Source: Marsupella aquatica (Eukaryota; Plantae; Marchantiophyta). Taken from it: DNA of 64,000 nt. Positions 33,841 to 46,937 of the stretch are shown in pieces. The notes below the pieces were generated by a model, which saw only the letters and a program-made list of their open reading frames with translations, was not told where the DNA came from and did not search any database. The stretch lies in contig OZ316893.1 in assembly GCA_973895155.1 (NCBI GenBank), positions 22,541,844 through 22,605,843 on the forward strand, written 5' to 3'. Positions within the stretch are counted from its first letter, which is position 1, and every line of letters begins with the position of its first letter. The position numbers were made by a program, and so were the translations under genes.

Positions 33841-35215
33841 AGTCACCCTTAATTGTTTATATTTTCCTTGTCTTGTTAGTATACTAAGGTGTTTCCAGGG
33901 TACACTCCTGCTTTTACCATGTAAACCGGCCTAGTGATTCCTGGCTAGGCATCACAAAAGGTGTAACCTTATCCTAGTAAAACCCCATAACCCTAAACCC
34001 ATAAACCCCTCCAAAGAAATGATCCAAATAGCTTTCACCCAGAAATGGTTTGTACAAAAACTTCTTGTCAGCAGTATTTTGTCTATCATATATCATAGTA
34101 TTGATTTCCCATCACCACAACCATCCCTAAACTTGCAAGGAACTTGCAAGAGGACATCATACCTCCTGGATGCGCGGTTTCATGCATAGTGCATTGTCCA
34201 AAATCAAAACCTCCCTACCCCCTCAAAAAAAGTTAACCACCCCTCCAAAAGCAAGGTACTACACATCAAATCCAAACACAAAGATTAGCCTAATGGAGGG
34301 GTTTAATATTATCCTAACAAAAGGTATAATGTTATACTAATAAAACCTCTACGTACACCCATAATCCCCTATAAAGAAATGAAACAAAAGGCTTTCACCC
34401 GAAAATGGTTCATACAAAAACTTATTGTAGTATTTTCTTGATCCTATATTACATATCATAGTATTGAGTTCCTATCACCACAACCACCCCTGAAACACCA
34501 AGACTCTATACACAATTGCATCATTAATTAGAGCCCAATATATTAAGCATGCAAGACCATAGCTTATCAAAAAAATTACATAGTCCAGTACAAACCCCAA
34601 AATTTGTTCTCCGCAACAAAGAAACTTGCAAGAGGTCCCTCTACATGCATAACACGTTCACTATCCCGTTCACATATGTAGAGCCCTACAAAACGCCGAT
34701 TCAAATATGAAAGCAAATAATAACTCCAACCATGTGCCCTTACCCCATACAAAACCTAAATATCCTAAATTATACTCTAAACCCTCCAATTCCATACCCA
34801 ACCCAAATTCAAAACATTATATTGGACCCCCTTTGGGAAAGCCAAGAGGTATCTGATATAACTTCGTGAGGGGTCCGATGCAATAGGAAACGGGCCACAC
34901 TTAGTAAATACAGGGCCACAAGAAAAGGACGAGGGGTCCAAAGCAGATAGTTTTGGAAAGTCCGATTGTATGTCCGATACCTGTGGTTTTGCAAAGTCCA
35001 AAACAAAAAGAATCAAAAGTAACAGGTTTCATTTTGGAAAAAAGAACCGATGCAAGTGCAAAGACCCGCGCGTCGGGCCCTGTTTTGCACTTGGTGTTTT
35101 TCAAATTTTTTGAAGTTGGATCAAGGAGGAGAGCTTGAAGGAGGAGGAGAGATAGAGGGGGGGATCAGGTGGTGGGGGAGAGCAAGGGGGACCGTCCCAG
35201 CCATACAATGAGGTT

Positions 35216-37458
35216 ATGAGGGACATTTTCGTGGCCAAGGCAGGGCTGAGTGTGGAGGACGCGGAGAGAGTAGTCCCACTCCTCCAAACGCTGATTGATG
35301 CCTCTTGGCGTGAGGCAGAGAAGACTGCTGCTGCAAGCATTGCAAGTGAGAAGGAGGCAAAGAAGAGGAAGAAAGAGGCAAGGGGGATGCAGAGGAGACA
35401 CTGTCTCCAAGAAAATGAGAGAAAAAACTTTGAAAAGAAGCTAGGGCAATTGAGAAGGTGTGATTGGTCCAGGAGCAAAGGCAAAAGGAGGCGGAGAGAG
35501 CTCTCAGGCCTGAGCTAGCTCTCAATTTGGGTGGTGGTCCATTGCCTAAGAGCTACCATCTATTCCAAAGCCAATTCAAGCAGGTGTTGAGGGCCAATTT
35601 GGGGCCACTGAATTATTGGGGCAAGAAGGAGGAAGAGAGATTGAGAATCAGAGAGCAGGTGAAGGAACGGTTCAGGAACGGGGCCTACATTGATGACAGG
35701 TTCCTAAACAAACAAATTTCAGCATCACTCTCAGACATGCGCAATCATCAGCGAGAGAAATTCAGAAAGTACCTTGGAGATATGGCAGTGGATGCAGAGG
35801 TGATCAGGGAGGAGGGTTGTCCAGACAATGTTTCCCCCGATGAGTGGGCGGCTTGGCTTGAGGAGGAACTCTCAGTCCAAGCCTGGCTGAAAAGAAGACA
35901 TTGGGACAACAAAATTAGGCTGGCAGAGGAGAAGCAAAAGGCTGGGGAGAATGTTGATATCCTCCCCCTTCAACAGAACCTACAACAATGGGCAGCTCAG
36001 GCAGCAAGACTCCCCAAACCACCAAGGCACATCATAGCAGCATTGGAGAGAGTGCAGGGGAGGCCAACCATCACTCACCGGATGGGGCAAGGCGGCTCCA
36101 ATCGATTGAAGGCTGAGTTTGTAAGTGCCCTCCCTCTCCTCCCCACCTTGACTCCCTGATCACCTGACTCCTCGCACAAAGAATGAGTTTTTTGTGCCTT
36201 ATGTTTTTTGTTTAAACCCTTTGCAAAACTCGTTTTTGCTCTCGGGCTTGTTCTTTCCGATACTCATCCGATAGGTTTTGCATCAAAAGCAGCATCGGAC
36301 ACCGTGTTATGCCATTTTGCCTGTTACGCATCCAATAGACGTCTGATGCAGGCTGTATCGGACTCTGCATCGGACCCCTTGGCAAAATATTTAAATTTTT
36401 GAATGAACGTACTTAACGTTAATTTTTACTAGGGTAGAGTATAAGTTAGGGTGAACTATGGTTTTAGATTACATTACTAGGGCTATGAAGGGTGGCTTGG
36501 TTTAGGGTAGGGCATGCTAATACTAGATTTGTTATTAACCTGGCCTCTATGGTTTGGATCTTTAAATTTCAGGAGCGGGAGTATGGTCGCCCTATTGCAC
36601 CGTTGGAGAGGAATTTGGCGAAGACGGATGGACCCCGCGCTCTAAAGCGCCACCTTGAGGATGAGTTGGGAGAGGTAAGTGTTCACCCTAGGGTGACATA
36701 ACGTTTAAGGTTGTCATGAATTTGTTAGAGTTATGGTCGGGACCATTCATTCTAACCGCAATTAAATCCCATTGCGCAAGATGAGGAGGGGTCTGGGTCA
36801 GAGGAGTTGGACTCAAATTCTGAGCAAGATGGTGAGGCAGGGTTGGGGAGGGTGCCCATAGTCACCCCTACTCCTCAGGTCCAAGGTGTTGTTGCCCCAT
36901 GTGGTGCCGTTGCCCCATCAGCAGGGAGGGGTGGGTCACATGCTGCTGATGGTGTGGGCTCCCATAGCTCTAGAGCATCACGGGGTGCGGGGCCCAGGCA
37001 CTCAAGGGGTAGTAGAGGTGATGGCATGGGACCAGGCGATTGCGCAGTAGTATCTGGTGCAGGTGGCCCTTCCTGACAAGGTAGTGGCGACGCGCCAGAT
37101 GGTGGATCTAGAGGGCGCGCACCATCTCGTGAGTCTGGTGGGAGTACAGCATGACATGGGCCACCCACAGGATCTGTTGGCGCACCATCCCATCACTCTA
37201 GCAGGTCTGCGGGAGGAGCTGAGGCCTCCTTTCACTCTGCCGTGTCGGGGGTTGGTGGGACATCTACCTTGCCTGACCACCCTAGTGGTGCATCTAGTGG
37301 GTCAGGGGCTAGGCCTGCATCAGGCCAACCCATGCCATCTGGTGAGTAGGTGGCTGCCACAGTTGTGGGCAGCCAAAGGGAGGAGGGCTCTCATGATGCC
37401 AGACCTGTACCCACCCTTCGTTCTCGCCCAAAGAAGAAGAAGGGACACACCTTTTTAG
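35216..37458 (+). pseudogene. TNPA/Ptta-like second CACTA gene, multi-exon, one frameshift near 35470
   Basis: F.NKQI...L...R...GCPDNVSPDEWAAWLE...HRMGQGG resembles the En/Spm Ptta (Transposase_24-like) region. GTAAGT donors at 36121 and 36675, acceptor at 36571-36572. Gly/Ser-rich last exon. Confidence 0.6.
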
Positions 37459-37799
37459 AGGTTAGTTGCATTTAGGTGGGTATCTAGTGCTAGACAGCTT
37501 TGATCAGACACTCACTAGGAGGTACGTTGTATATAGCTAGTGTGGTCTCTAGTCAAAGCTCTCTTTACATCTTCTATCATGCCATCACGACCAGGATGGG
37601 TCTACCCGGTAGGCCTAATCCATTTTGTACATATTGGGGTGATCCCCTTTTTGAATATGATATTTTGACCTCGTGTTTAGAGCATTATCTTTGGTTCCTA
37701 ATTGGTGTATGTCACCTTCAACCCTAAACCAATACCCAAACCCCCAAAAAACCACCCATGAAACCCTGTATTCCACCCCCAGAACATTTGATAATTCGT

Positions 37800-38286
37800 T
37801 GCAAGTCCGTTACCATCCGTATCGGTAATACAACAGTGTTTGATATTGTTGCCTTTGAACTTTCCCATCCCCAACGCATCGGACCCCTCCTTCAAGGTTC
37901 CCATATTAAATCTATCGGATAGTCCGATACAAAAAATAACGCACTTTCCATTTTTCTAATTAACGCAATGTTTGATGCTAATTACTTCGCAAATTGCCAT
38001 ATGAAATCTATTGGACATTCCGATTTAAATAGGATCGGACAAAGGAAGTCATCGTGTGCCGTCGCGTGTTAGTTATCCGATTCATTTTACATCGGACATA
38101 AAATATCTGTAACACATTACAACGGAACATCCGTTGCTCAAAACATCAGAAAGTCTGATGGAAGTCCGATGGTCGATATGCAATGGTTTGGGCATTGCAA
38201 AGTGCGTTGGGAATTGCATCGGATGATAGAATTTTTTGCGTCAATTTTCCTGAAGGGATCCAATGTAAATCCTATCGAATAAATGC
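37800..38286. repeat. Right CACTA subterminal repeats
   Basis: Dense ATCGGA/TCCGAT motifs next to the right TIR. Confidence 0.85.
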
Positions 38287-38732
38287 CCAAAAATGTACTA
38301 GTGCAAGCGGGCGCACGTGTTTCCGGGATTATGTAAGCTAAGGGCCCAGGGGGCTCACATGCAGTATCAACTAGACTAACAGACTAGTAGCCTCCAGGTC
38401 CTTCAAATCAAAGGGGGAACCGCGTGCTGGATTGATAGTTAAAGGTGACACTGACGAAAAATGGAACTCAACCTTCTCAAACCCAGGTGGGGTGCCTTCT
38501 GCTTTGGTTGCATCTGGAATCACAGGGGACATACCGGATTCTAGCAAGGGTCAACATGGACTTTGCATCTGAAATCACTTTCTCCACCTGGTTGAATGCT
38601 CCTGTGATCTTCTAGGTAAAGCGGTTATTGCACTCAATAACCTTAGCAAGGGTGCCTGGGTTGGCTGTTGCCAAATACTTATCAATCAAATTGGCTTCCA
38701 ACAAGCCCAAGATCGGAACATGAAACGCTGCC

Positions 38733-39170
38733 CTAAATAGTAGTGACAGTTGCATTCACTAATTTCTGGATTTTTAGATTCTTCTCCAACCTCTTTTGTG
38801 CAACATCTAACTGGTCTACCGGGGAATCAATCTTTCTTCTATCCTTGTCTGCTTGGTCTTCCAAGTCCCAGATTCTCTTCTTGGCCTGACTTTTAGTCAC
38901 CATATCCAAAGTGGAAATGATGATTACTGGACTGCAATTGAGCATCTCAGCAACCTTCCCAACCAGATCCTTGAGTTGCTTAGTCTTCCCGGTTGCACTC
39001 TCTACAAAGGTCCAGACATGTTCCAATTCTGCTGAGGCCGTCCACTTGGAACTGGGGATCACACCTAGAAGATTCCCTCTACTTTCCGGTCTCCGGACAG
39101 GTTCCAAATCTTCAGCTAGATCCGGTTCCGGACTCCGAGCTAATCTCTTCCGGGTCCTAGGGGGTCGCAC
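38733..39170 (-). pseudogene. Degenerate coiled-coil TE accessory ORF fragment
   Basis: 145-aa frame with heptad-like segments in a TE-rich context. No host-gene features. Confidence 0.35.
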
Positions 39171-40644
39171 TTCAACAATTGTAGTATCGCACTAGGGACA
39201 TAAATAAACATTTAAGATCCAAAACTCGGTATTCGTTCCCATGGAAGAACATGTAAGGAATGATTTTCTATGATTTAGCACTTATGAATGAATAAGGTGA
39301 CAAAAACACAAAGGTTGAGCCTTTTACTATGATTTCTCAGCAAGGCATAGTTTTGGATGTTTGCTTAACATTGTAAATAAAATTATCAAATGGAAACAAT
39401 TAATAAAACACAATAAAAATCTTGAGGTATGGTGAGGGAGTTAGGAAACAATCAAGGTGACTCCTCAACATAACTTCATTTGATATGATTTAGGTGGTAT
39501 ATCCGCAAGAACATTTCTGGAAAGGATTACGGTACTAGGATGATTACTAAAATGTCGTCAACATGTCTCAACTTTTCCTTCCAAGGTACTGAGTGGAGAC
39601 TAGTAATCAATCACTTCTGTATCCAATCAGTACTTTGTGTCACAAATAAGAGACACCATCATGATCAAATTTGAAGCCATAAGTAATTGGTAAGTAACAA
39701 TCTTTGCATCCCGTGCACAAGCAATGTCACGTCAAAAACTATGCATCAAGAACTAAGGAATATGTGAAACATCACCAACAAGGAATCTATTTCCACATAC
39801 TCAAAAGATTTAACAATCACATTAATTTTACTTCAAGGGGTCCAAACTTCTCATTCATTTAGACTTGAAGGGGGAAGAATTCAGTTGTATTAAGTACTCA
39901 TATGCAATGGAGTGCTTGCTACAAATGGAGGTAACAAAGTTGCAATCTTGCAACTGAGCGCTCATGAAATTTCTTCACACAAAAAGTGACAAAGTCTACT
40001 ACATATAGGCTAGCAAGAACTAAAGGGAAAAGAGATAATGAAAGGACATGCCCTTTCATATCTTAAGGGTCATAAACTAAAGTAAAAAGTATGAAAATAT
40101 GCTACAAGAGTACTCAAGGTTCACTAGATTGTTGGTGGAATGAAAAACTAACCAAAAGTTATCCCTAGTGTAAACTGGAGTTGCACTTTTGTGGTAAAAC
40201 TAATAAATAACAACTTTGTCTAAATTTTAATTTCTAACATAAAGGTCAAAATTAGGTGAAACTTTTCTAGGTGAAAAATTTACATATATGCTTCATGCTG
40301 GAAAAGTTTCAGGCTTTTTGGAGGTGTCTAAGTGCCTTAATAAAATCGGTGAAAAGTGCTGTTGGATATAAAATACACTTTTCCGGAAAATTTTCCAAGT
40401 GTTGGAAGCGCCGTTGCGCCTTTGCGCTTTGGAGCACTAGCGCCGTTCCTTTGCACAATCACGCTTAAGCAAAATTAAAATGCGAATAACTTCTAAACTA
40501 CATGTCGGTTTTGACCGATACTTTCAGGGTATGGTCTGCTACATAAGAGCTGCCTACTGAAAAAGTATGAGACTTTTCTAACTATGATAACTATTTAATA
40601 AAATGGTGGAGATTGACTAATCCTGACTCGAAGGATGGAGTAGG

Positions 40645-43219
40645 TCAATCCTCTTGAAGTAGTGCTGACTGGTCCGGTTGTTGAAAACTCCTGAATGTCT
40701 CAGTTCGAATCACTTCTCGAAGGAAATCCATAACCTGCGTATCATGTCGAGCAAATGGAAGAGACCTGATTTGTCGTTCAACATTTAGAATGGGGAGTAG
40801 GCTCCTGTGAAACATAGTGTTCACCTTGCTAGCTTGCATATAGATGTCGACCAGATCATAACTACAACAAGTAGTGTGGTAGTTGCGTGGAAACTTGTTG
40901 ATGAAGGTGTCAGAGTCCTTGGCTAGTGATAGAAGTGGGGTGACACGAGGTAATAGTTCCCGCCACTTCAGGGTGTAATCAGCCAACCGCTGGGAAGTGA
41001 TGTTGTTCCAGATTCTCTGACTCTCAGCAACTGGTGAGGTAAATTGTTGAACAATAAAAGGTTTCTCTGGTAGGACACCATGGTTGACCTGATATCGTTT
41101 GTTGGTTTGTCTCAAAAAGTTGATGATGAATTCCAAGACATAGGCAGGTAAATTCCCGAAGTATGCCAGGGCCAGATCTCCATTCTCCAGTACAATGTGT
41201 CCAACCAGGATTATGACAGCAAGAATAGGGCAAAAATATTTAGCCTCTGTCCAGATCTCATCCATCTCTGCTATCTCTAGGCGGGTGACATCCTTCAGAT
41301 GAAGCTTCAGGATATAAAGACATTCAACTCTCTTCTTATGATAGTACTGCCAAAACTCTAAAATGGGAGGATTTCTAAGGTCTGAAACTCTGACAAACTC
41401 AGCAAATTGTGTAATGTTCTCCTGAGGGGTTTTAGGGTCAATATGGAGTGTGGGAATGAAATGGACTTGGCAGGATTTACCTTGACCTGGTGGAAGGATG
41501 TCAGGATAGGAAATGGCAAGATGTTCACCTGTAGGTGTGATCTCAGGTTCTGGAAAACTAGGGTAGAGCTATTCTGGTTTATTTGAAGGACTGTAAGGAG
41601 AGGGGGGTGAATGACTAGAAGGAGGAGTAGAATAGTAAATGGGAGAGCCAGATGCTGAGGTATGATAACGGACAGCATAATAGACTTGCTTGGTGCTGCA
41701 TCCGAAAATCTGTGTAAGTCTGTGGACTAAATCCTCACAATATTCTTGATGATGATCACGGGTAAGTAAAGCTGATGTCTTATGCAGAAGATCATCTAAG
41801 ACATCAATTAAGTGTCTCTCATCACACTCCAGCATGTCAGTCATTTTATTGACAAGAGTAGAATAGTGTTCAGCAAAATGATCTAGGGAGGTAGATAGTG
41901 TCTGTTGAAGCTCTAACCTGGGTGATGCATCATTTTCCTCCATTGGTTCAACTTCGGTAATATTTGTAACCCTAATATTGGAGGTGGGTCGAAATAGCTC
42001 CATCACCTCAGGATAGAACTGAGTAGGACCTTGGGTTGGAGAGTCGGGACTACTAGGTTCAGGCAGAGTCACAGAGGCTGCTCTTAACCTCTCAAATGAG
42101 TCAACTATCTCCTCAGGTTCACAGATCAATAAGTTACTTAACCTATCAATAATTTGCTGATTAGATTCTACTCTCAGTTCATCAGCCGTTGGTTTGCTAA
42201 ACATGAAGGGTCTCTTGCGGGATCTCATAGAAGGGGTCAAGTTGTCTACAGATAAATTTTGAGTTGGGACTGTAGATGAGCAAAGAGTAATAGGGACAGA
42301 GATGTCAACTACAGGTACAGGCGGTGGGGGAACCTCTGGTTCAGATGTATACTCATCAAGATTGGAATTGAAGGGGGTGTAAAGTATTCTATCCTGATTG
42401 AGATCTTCAAAATTAAGGGGATAGAGGGTTATCAAGAATTGGTGAAGAGATACTTCTGGGTTCCACAAGTGGTTCTCCTTGGGCAAGAGGGGTAACCTCT
42501 GGTTCAACTTCATCAGCATCTTCTCCTTCAGTATCCTCGTGTCCTGATTCACTAAGATCAAATTCATCAAGCAGTCTGATCCGCTCCTCTTGTTTGCATG
42601 GAAGTAAGCAATTCCCATGAAAGTATAACTGGCAAAGATAAGCAGGGAGAGTAGTGAACTCGTCCATTTTCACCTTCTTTACTTGAGATAAAATAACCTG
42701 TCTTAGCAACAAGGCCCAATTTATCTGAGCAACTCCCTTCCAACTTGCCACAATAGTATTGGCAAGTGACACAGGTACGGGCACAGGTATCATATGTGGC
42801 CGAATGGGATGGAGAATTGGAATCAAAAACTCTAAAATGATTTTAAGAGTATAATCGGTGCACTGGTCCATTTTCCATCCATGGCGAACGTTTCGAGTTC
42901 CAGAAAATTAAGGCCTCGCAGTCTCTCCTTGTCGTGAGTGTAGGCTGTCACCTTCGGCAGGACAGCCGAAAGCATCAGCAACAAATTGCAGAGTCCAGAA
43001 TTCTAGATTCGCCCGAGCAGTTCCCACCATACCAACTTCGATTCGTGCCCCATCACTGAAATCCTTCAGAAAACTCAATGAAATTGCAGACCAAGGCAGA
43101 GTGAGTAATTTACTCAGGTGCATGACAGCCAGTGCTTCCTTCAAAACGTGCAAGCTTCTTTTCATCGTAGGGTATGTCACAGGGACGGCCTTAGGTAGAG
43201 GAACTCCTCTTGCGGTCAT
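40645..43219 (-). pseudogene. Frameshifted retrotransposon accessory ORF with the same N-terminal domain family as the LTR proteins
   Basis: Successive frames 42908-43219, 42413-42871, 41569-42618 and 40645-41265. LSKLLTLPW..WTLQFVADAFGCP..GWKMDQC...ILEFLIPILHP..LANTIV..INWA..LPAYLCQLY. Confidence 0.6.
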
Positions 43220-43662
43220 CTATCCCCCTTCGTCTGCCATAGTAACAAGAAACAAGGTGTTGTCACCAACTATCGATCCGAAGAGGTCTATGCCACTTGA
43301 TCCGTTGTTGTGCTTTTGCTCTGTTGCACCCTTGCGCCTTTGCTCCGGAATGTCATTGCGCAGTTTCTCCAAAGCGCCGTTGCGCTGTTGCTCCAAAGCG
43401 CCATTGCGCTTTTACGCCAAAACGCTCTTTGCGCCCTTGGTCAAACTTGGCAGCACCAATCTTCCTTTCGCACTTTGAGAACATCGATAGTAGTTTCTTC
43501 TGACTTGTCTCACCCCTACCTAATTACTCAGGGTATTATCCATTAATCTGTCTAACTTAAGTCTTAACCTTACTTATATCTAAAGGTAGATTAATTGGCT
43601 ATGTTTAATCTATTTCTAACTACAAAAATTTTAAAATTTTTCATTATTTCTAAGTTTCTAAT

Positions 43663-44529
43663 TTAGACAGCTATTACAACAACCGGCTCTTCTTCTGATT
43701 TAGTCCCCTCTAATGGCTGTCGGTCTGGATCTCCAAGTTGAGCCAACATAGCTTGGTTCTCATACTCCTCTGCTTCTTTGTCTGTCAGCACCCGGTCCAT
43801 GGAGTACAGGTTAGCCAGGTAGCACGAAAGGGAGGTGGGAGTCTTCAAATGAAGATTCTGGACTTCCTTAGCAATGACCTCCTCCAACACCTTCGCCCAA
43901 GAAATCTTCTTCTCACCAACGTAGGAAGCAACAATGGTGTTCCCAATCCGGATTGTAACTTGATGAGGTTTGGCAAAGGATAGAATTGGTAATAGGAAGG
44001 ACAAGATATCAAAGAACTCCTCATTACAGAATTGAGACACCTTCCAGCCATCCTTCGGATCTACTTTGCCATCAAAATTGTTGTTGGCAAAATTCTCCTT
44101 CGAGGTCAGAAAACTCTCTCCCTTCAATGGCACATCCAACAAAGATGAAATGACAGCCACAGTCCACTTTTCCGGATTTCCTCTGATAGAATCCAGAACA
44201 TCCAAAGCAAGGGTCACACAATTTTGGACCTCCTTCACAAAGACTGCACTCTGGTATCCCCATGGTAATTCAAGTAGCTTTGTGCAGCCCATCGCCTCTA
44301 AGTTGCTCTGAAGGCGGTCCTTTCTTTCTGGATCCAATGGGATCTCAGGTTGCAATGGCTTCTCATTAACAATGACAGTCCGCTCCTTGGTTGTACGCTT
44401 AGGCATTGTCTGAATTCCAGATTTGTCTGGGGTGAAATCTGAATCCTTTCTCTTCACCATGATGAGGCGATGGAGGGAAAGAAACCAAATTAGAAGTTCT
44501 TCACAAAAATTTGGAAATCGCAAATCCAA
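43663..44529 (-). pseudogene. Truncated paralogous retrotransposon accessory ORF
   Basis: LEAMGCTKLLELPW..IRGNPEKWT..GWKVSQF..ILSFLLPIL..IGNTIV..ISWA..LSCYLANLY aligns with the 42413-43219 product. Confidence 0.6.
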
Positions 44530-44889
44530 AAATCTGAATCAAGTCGCCACTTCCCCACTCAATCAAACGATCACCCACTTCCCCCCGTAACCAGTTCTCC
44601 TCATGACTAGTGCCTCAAAACGGCAGCCTCATCCGGCTCTATTCTTTCCTGTGGTTTCTCGCAAAAGATTTTTGCAGCAGTTCGGTGGTGTGCGGAATGC
44701 CCGGTCTACAGTGGCCTTAAGAACTTGTTTGCCAACTTTCGGTCTCCGGCTGGATGTTGAACTTATGGTTTTAATCATCATTCCCATATGCCTTCTCTCG
44801 TGGTGCAATGGTGCCGCTATTTTCAAGTTCTAAAAAGGGTGCTATCCGGATAATTCTGGATTTCATACTGCAAGTTAGTTTTTATTGTC

Positions 44890-45235
44890 ATTACCTTTCG
44901 AATGAGTGTGATAGTAAAGAAATTTTGATCATGAGTTCATGAATTCCTTTAGCTTTTCAGCATTGAGTCCGACATTTCATGTTAGATTTTTTCATGGTAC
45001 TAAAGAGATCATGAGGTTTCAAATCTCTCTAGCTTTCTAACGTGTGACATTGGGAGTATTTGTCCAGAATTAGAGAGATCATGAGTATTCAAATTTCTCT
45101 AGCTTTCCAATGAACCTAACATTGATAAATTTTGTCAAGTACTAAGGAAATGATGAGTTTCTAATTTTACTCTAGCTTTCCAATGAGTGTGACATTGAGA
45201 GATTTTATCAAGTATTAAGGAGATTGATTATTTAG
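44890..45235. repeat. Degenerate ~72-bp tandem repeat, 4-5 copies
   Basis: Recurring GAGATCATGAG...CTCTAGCTTTC.AA..GTGTGACATT at ~70-80-bp spacing. Confidence 0.65.
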
Positions 45236-46937
45236 TTTTACAAGTGGTGCCAAAGGGGTTCTAACTATGATCGTACATTTCTGTCGATTGGTTTATTTCA
45301 AACTTGCAAATAATTAAAGCATACAAGCATTTTGATGTAAAACACTGATATATCATTGACAAACACAAAATGGTAACTTTATTTTACTAAATGACATTTC
45401 TTCCTTTGTATTCTAGTTTTTTTACGCTTAATACTTACGACATGGCGCCCCAAAAATTACACTACTTTTGCCACAAACGTGAATTGTGCATTTTTGAAAC
45501 TATCAAAAATAGTAATTTTTGTGTTTGTGATGGATTTTGCTGATGTGGTGCAACCTCGTGACAGGGAATTTGCAAGGAACCTCTCATGGGGGTCCATAAT
45601 CAAAAATTGTGCAAATAAGGTACAAATGATTCTCCCTTGCCTTAGGTTATCACAACAAAAACCATAAGTTTAGCAAATAATAGTTTGAGGAGTCTGGACT
45701 TAATTAACCCAGGAGGAGTCTACCCCCAAAGAATCAATTCTCTCTCTCCTTCACTAGAATTGGCAGAAATTCCATAAAATATGTGAAAGGGGGTGAATGC
45801 GCTATATTGAAAACTAAATGTAGTGGGGAATGAGAGCCCTAGCATAGGAAGATAAAAAAAAACCTTAGAGGGGTGCCAAAGTAATCTAAAGTCTAAATTG
45901 TACAAGTGGTGCACCTTGTTAAGGCACATTAAACTAAAAGGATAATAAAAGACAAAACAGATAGCAGAGTCAAAATTAAAGGTTAGCTCTAGATACTTGA
46001 CTGCCTGATAATAACCTAGTGTCGTCTTATTTCACCACCAATAATAGCCTTAGTAATGAAGAGGATAACCTCTTTTGATCTATCGGGATATTTGGCCTAT
46101 CTATCTCTAGACACAACATCTTAAACAGTATAAATAATCATCTGAATGGTGAAGATTTTATTTTGAAAAAGCTACCAACCGAAGGCATGCATTAGCCCAT
46201 ACTGGAACATTATTTGTTGTTTAATTTGTCTTGTAGCACAATAAAAGTGGATCTATTTGTTCTTAAAGAATTCTACTAAAAAGTGAATTATTCTTAAAAA
46301 TTATTATGAAAACTCTTGAATAGATTTAATGTGGAAATAATGACAAAGCATATGACTATTAGTGCATGAAAGAATTAACACATACACATGAAACGCTATG
46401 ATTGAAACTTCGTGAGACAAACTGAACATTCTGTAAGATTCACATTACCACAATTATATGTGCCTGAAATTTTTAATTCAAAAATTTATATGGGGTATTG
46501 ACACTTCCTTGGAATAGATTTTTTATAAATAAAAAATTCAACAAAAACCCCACGGGCAGGGCAAACAAGCCACACGCCAATCACCCTATTCATTAAAAGT
46601 TGTATTTTATTTTGTTCACTTGTGGGCCTCTAAATGTTCACTTTTTGGTCTTTAAATATATACTTTTCAACCCCAAAAGGTACACTATAATTATACTACA
46701 ATACACTAGACCTAAATGGTCAATTCTAAACTTGAGGGGGCAAAAAGAATATTTACTAGAACTAAGGAGTTTCATCCTAGTTCATTTACAAAAGATGAAC
46801 ATGGTGGTACGTCTAATGGCCATCACCTTTATTTCTTGCCCAAATGTAAACATTTTGAAAGCCAAATGTGCACTTTCTAAATTTCCCAAATGTTCATAAA
46901 TCAAATAATAATTCACTTGTAATGAATAGATTGACGG

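Larger units (their letters stand above)
28941..33956 (-). mobile_element. Diverged solo LTR of family A (5016 bp, inverted)
   Basis: Ends are reverse complements of the family-A LTR ends (TGTGGTGCGTCCC.../...GGCATCACA). TSD AAAGG (28936-28940 / 33957-33961). Roughly 80-88% similar to the young LTRs by eye. Confidence 0.96.
28760..34500. repeat. ~350-bp tandem duplication in the CACTA internal spacer; first unit split by the solo LTR
   Basis: 28760-28940 plus 33957-34140 aligns with 34150-34500 (GGACATCATACCTC.TGGATGCGCGG...TTATCCTAA.AAAAGGT...GCTTTCACCC), which shows the empty site. Confidence 0.75.
2692..38303 (-). mobile_element. CACTA (En/Spm) DNA transposon, ~10.6-kb core expanded to 35.6 kb by nested LTR insertions
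   Basis: Perfect 17-bp TIR CACTAGTACATTTTTGG at 2692 and its reverse complement ending at 38303. 3-bp TSD CAA (2689-2691 / 38304-38306). Subterminal TCCGAT/ATCGGA repeats at both ends. TNP2-like transposase inside. Confidence 0.96.
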
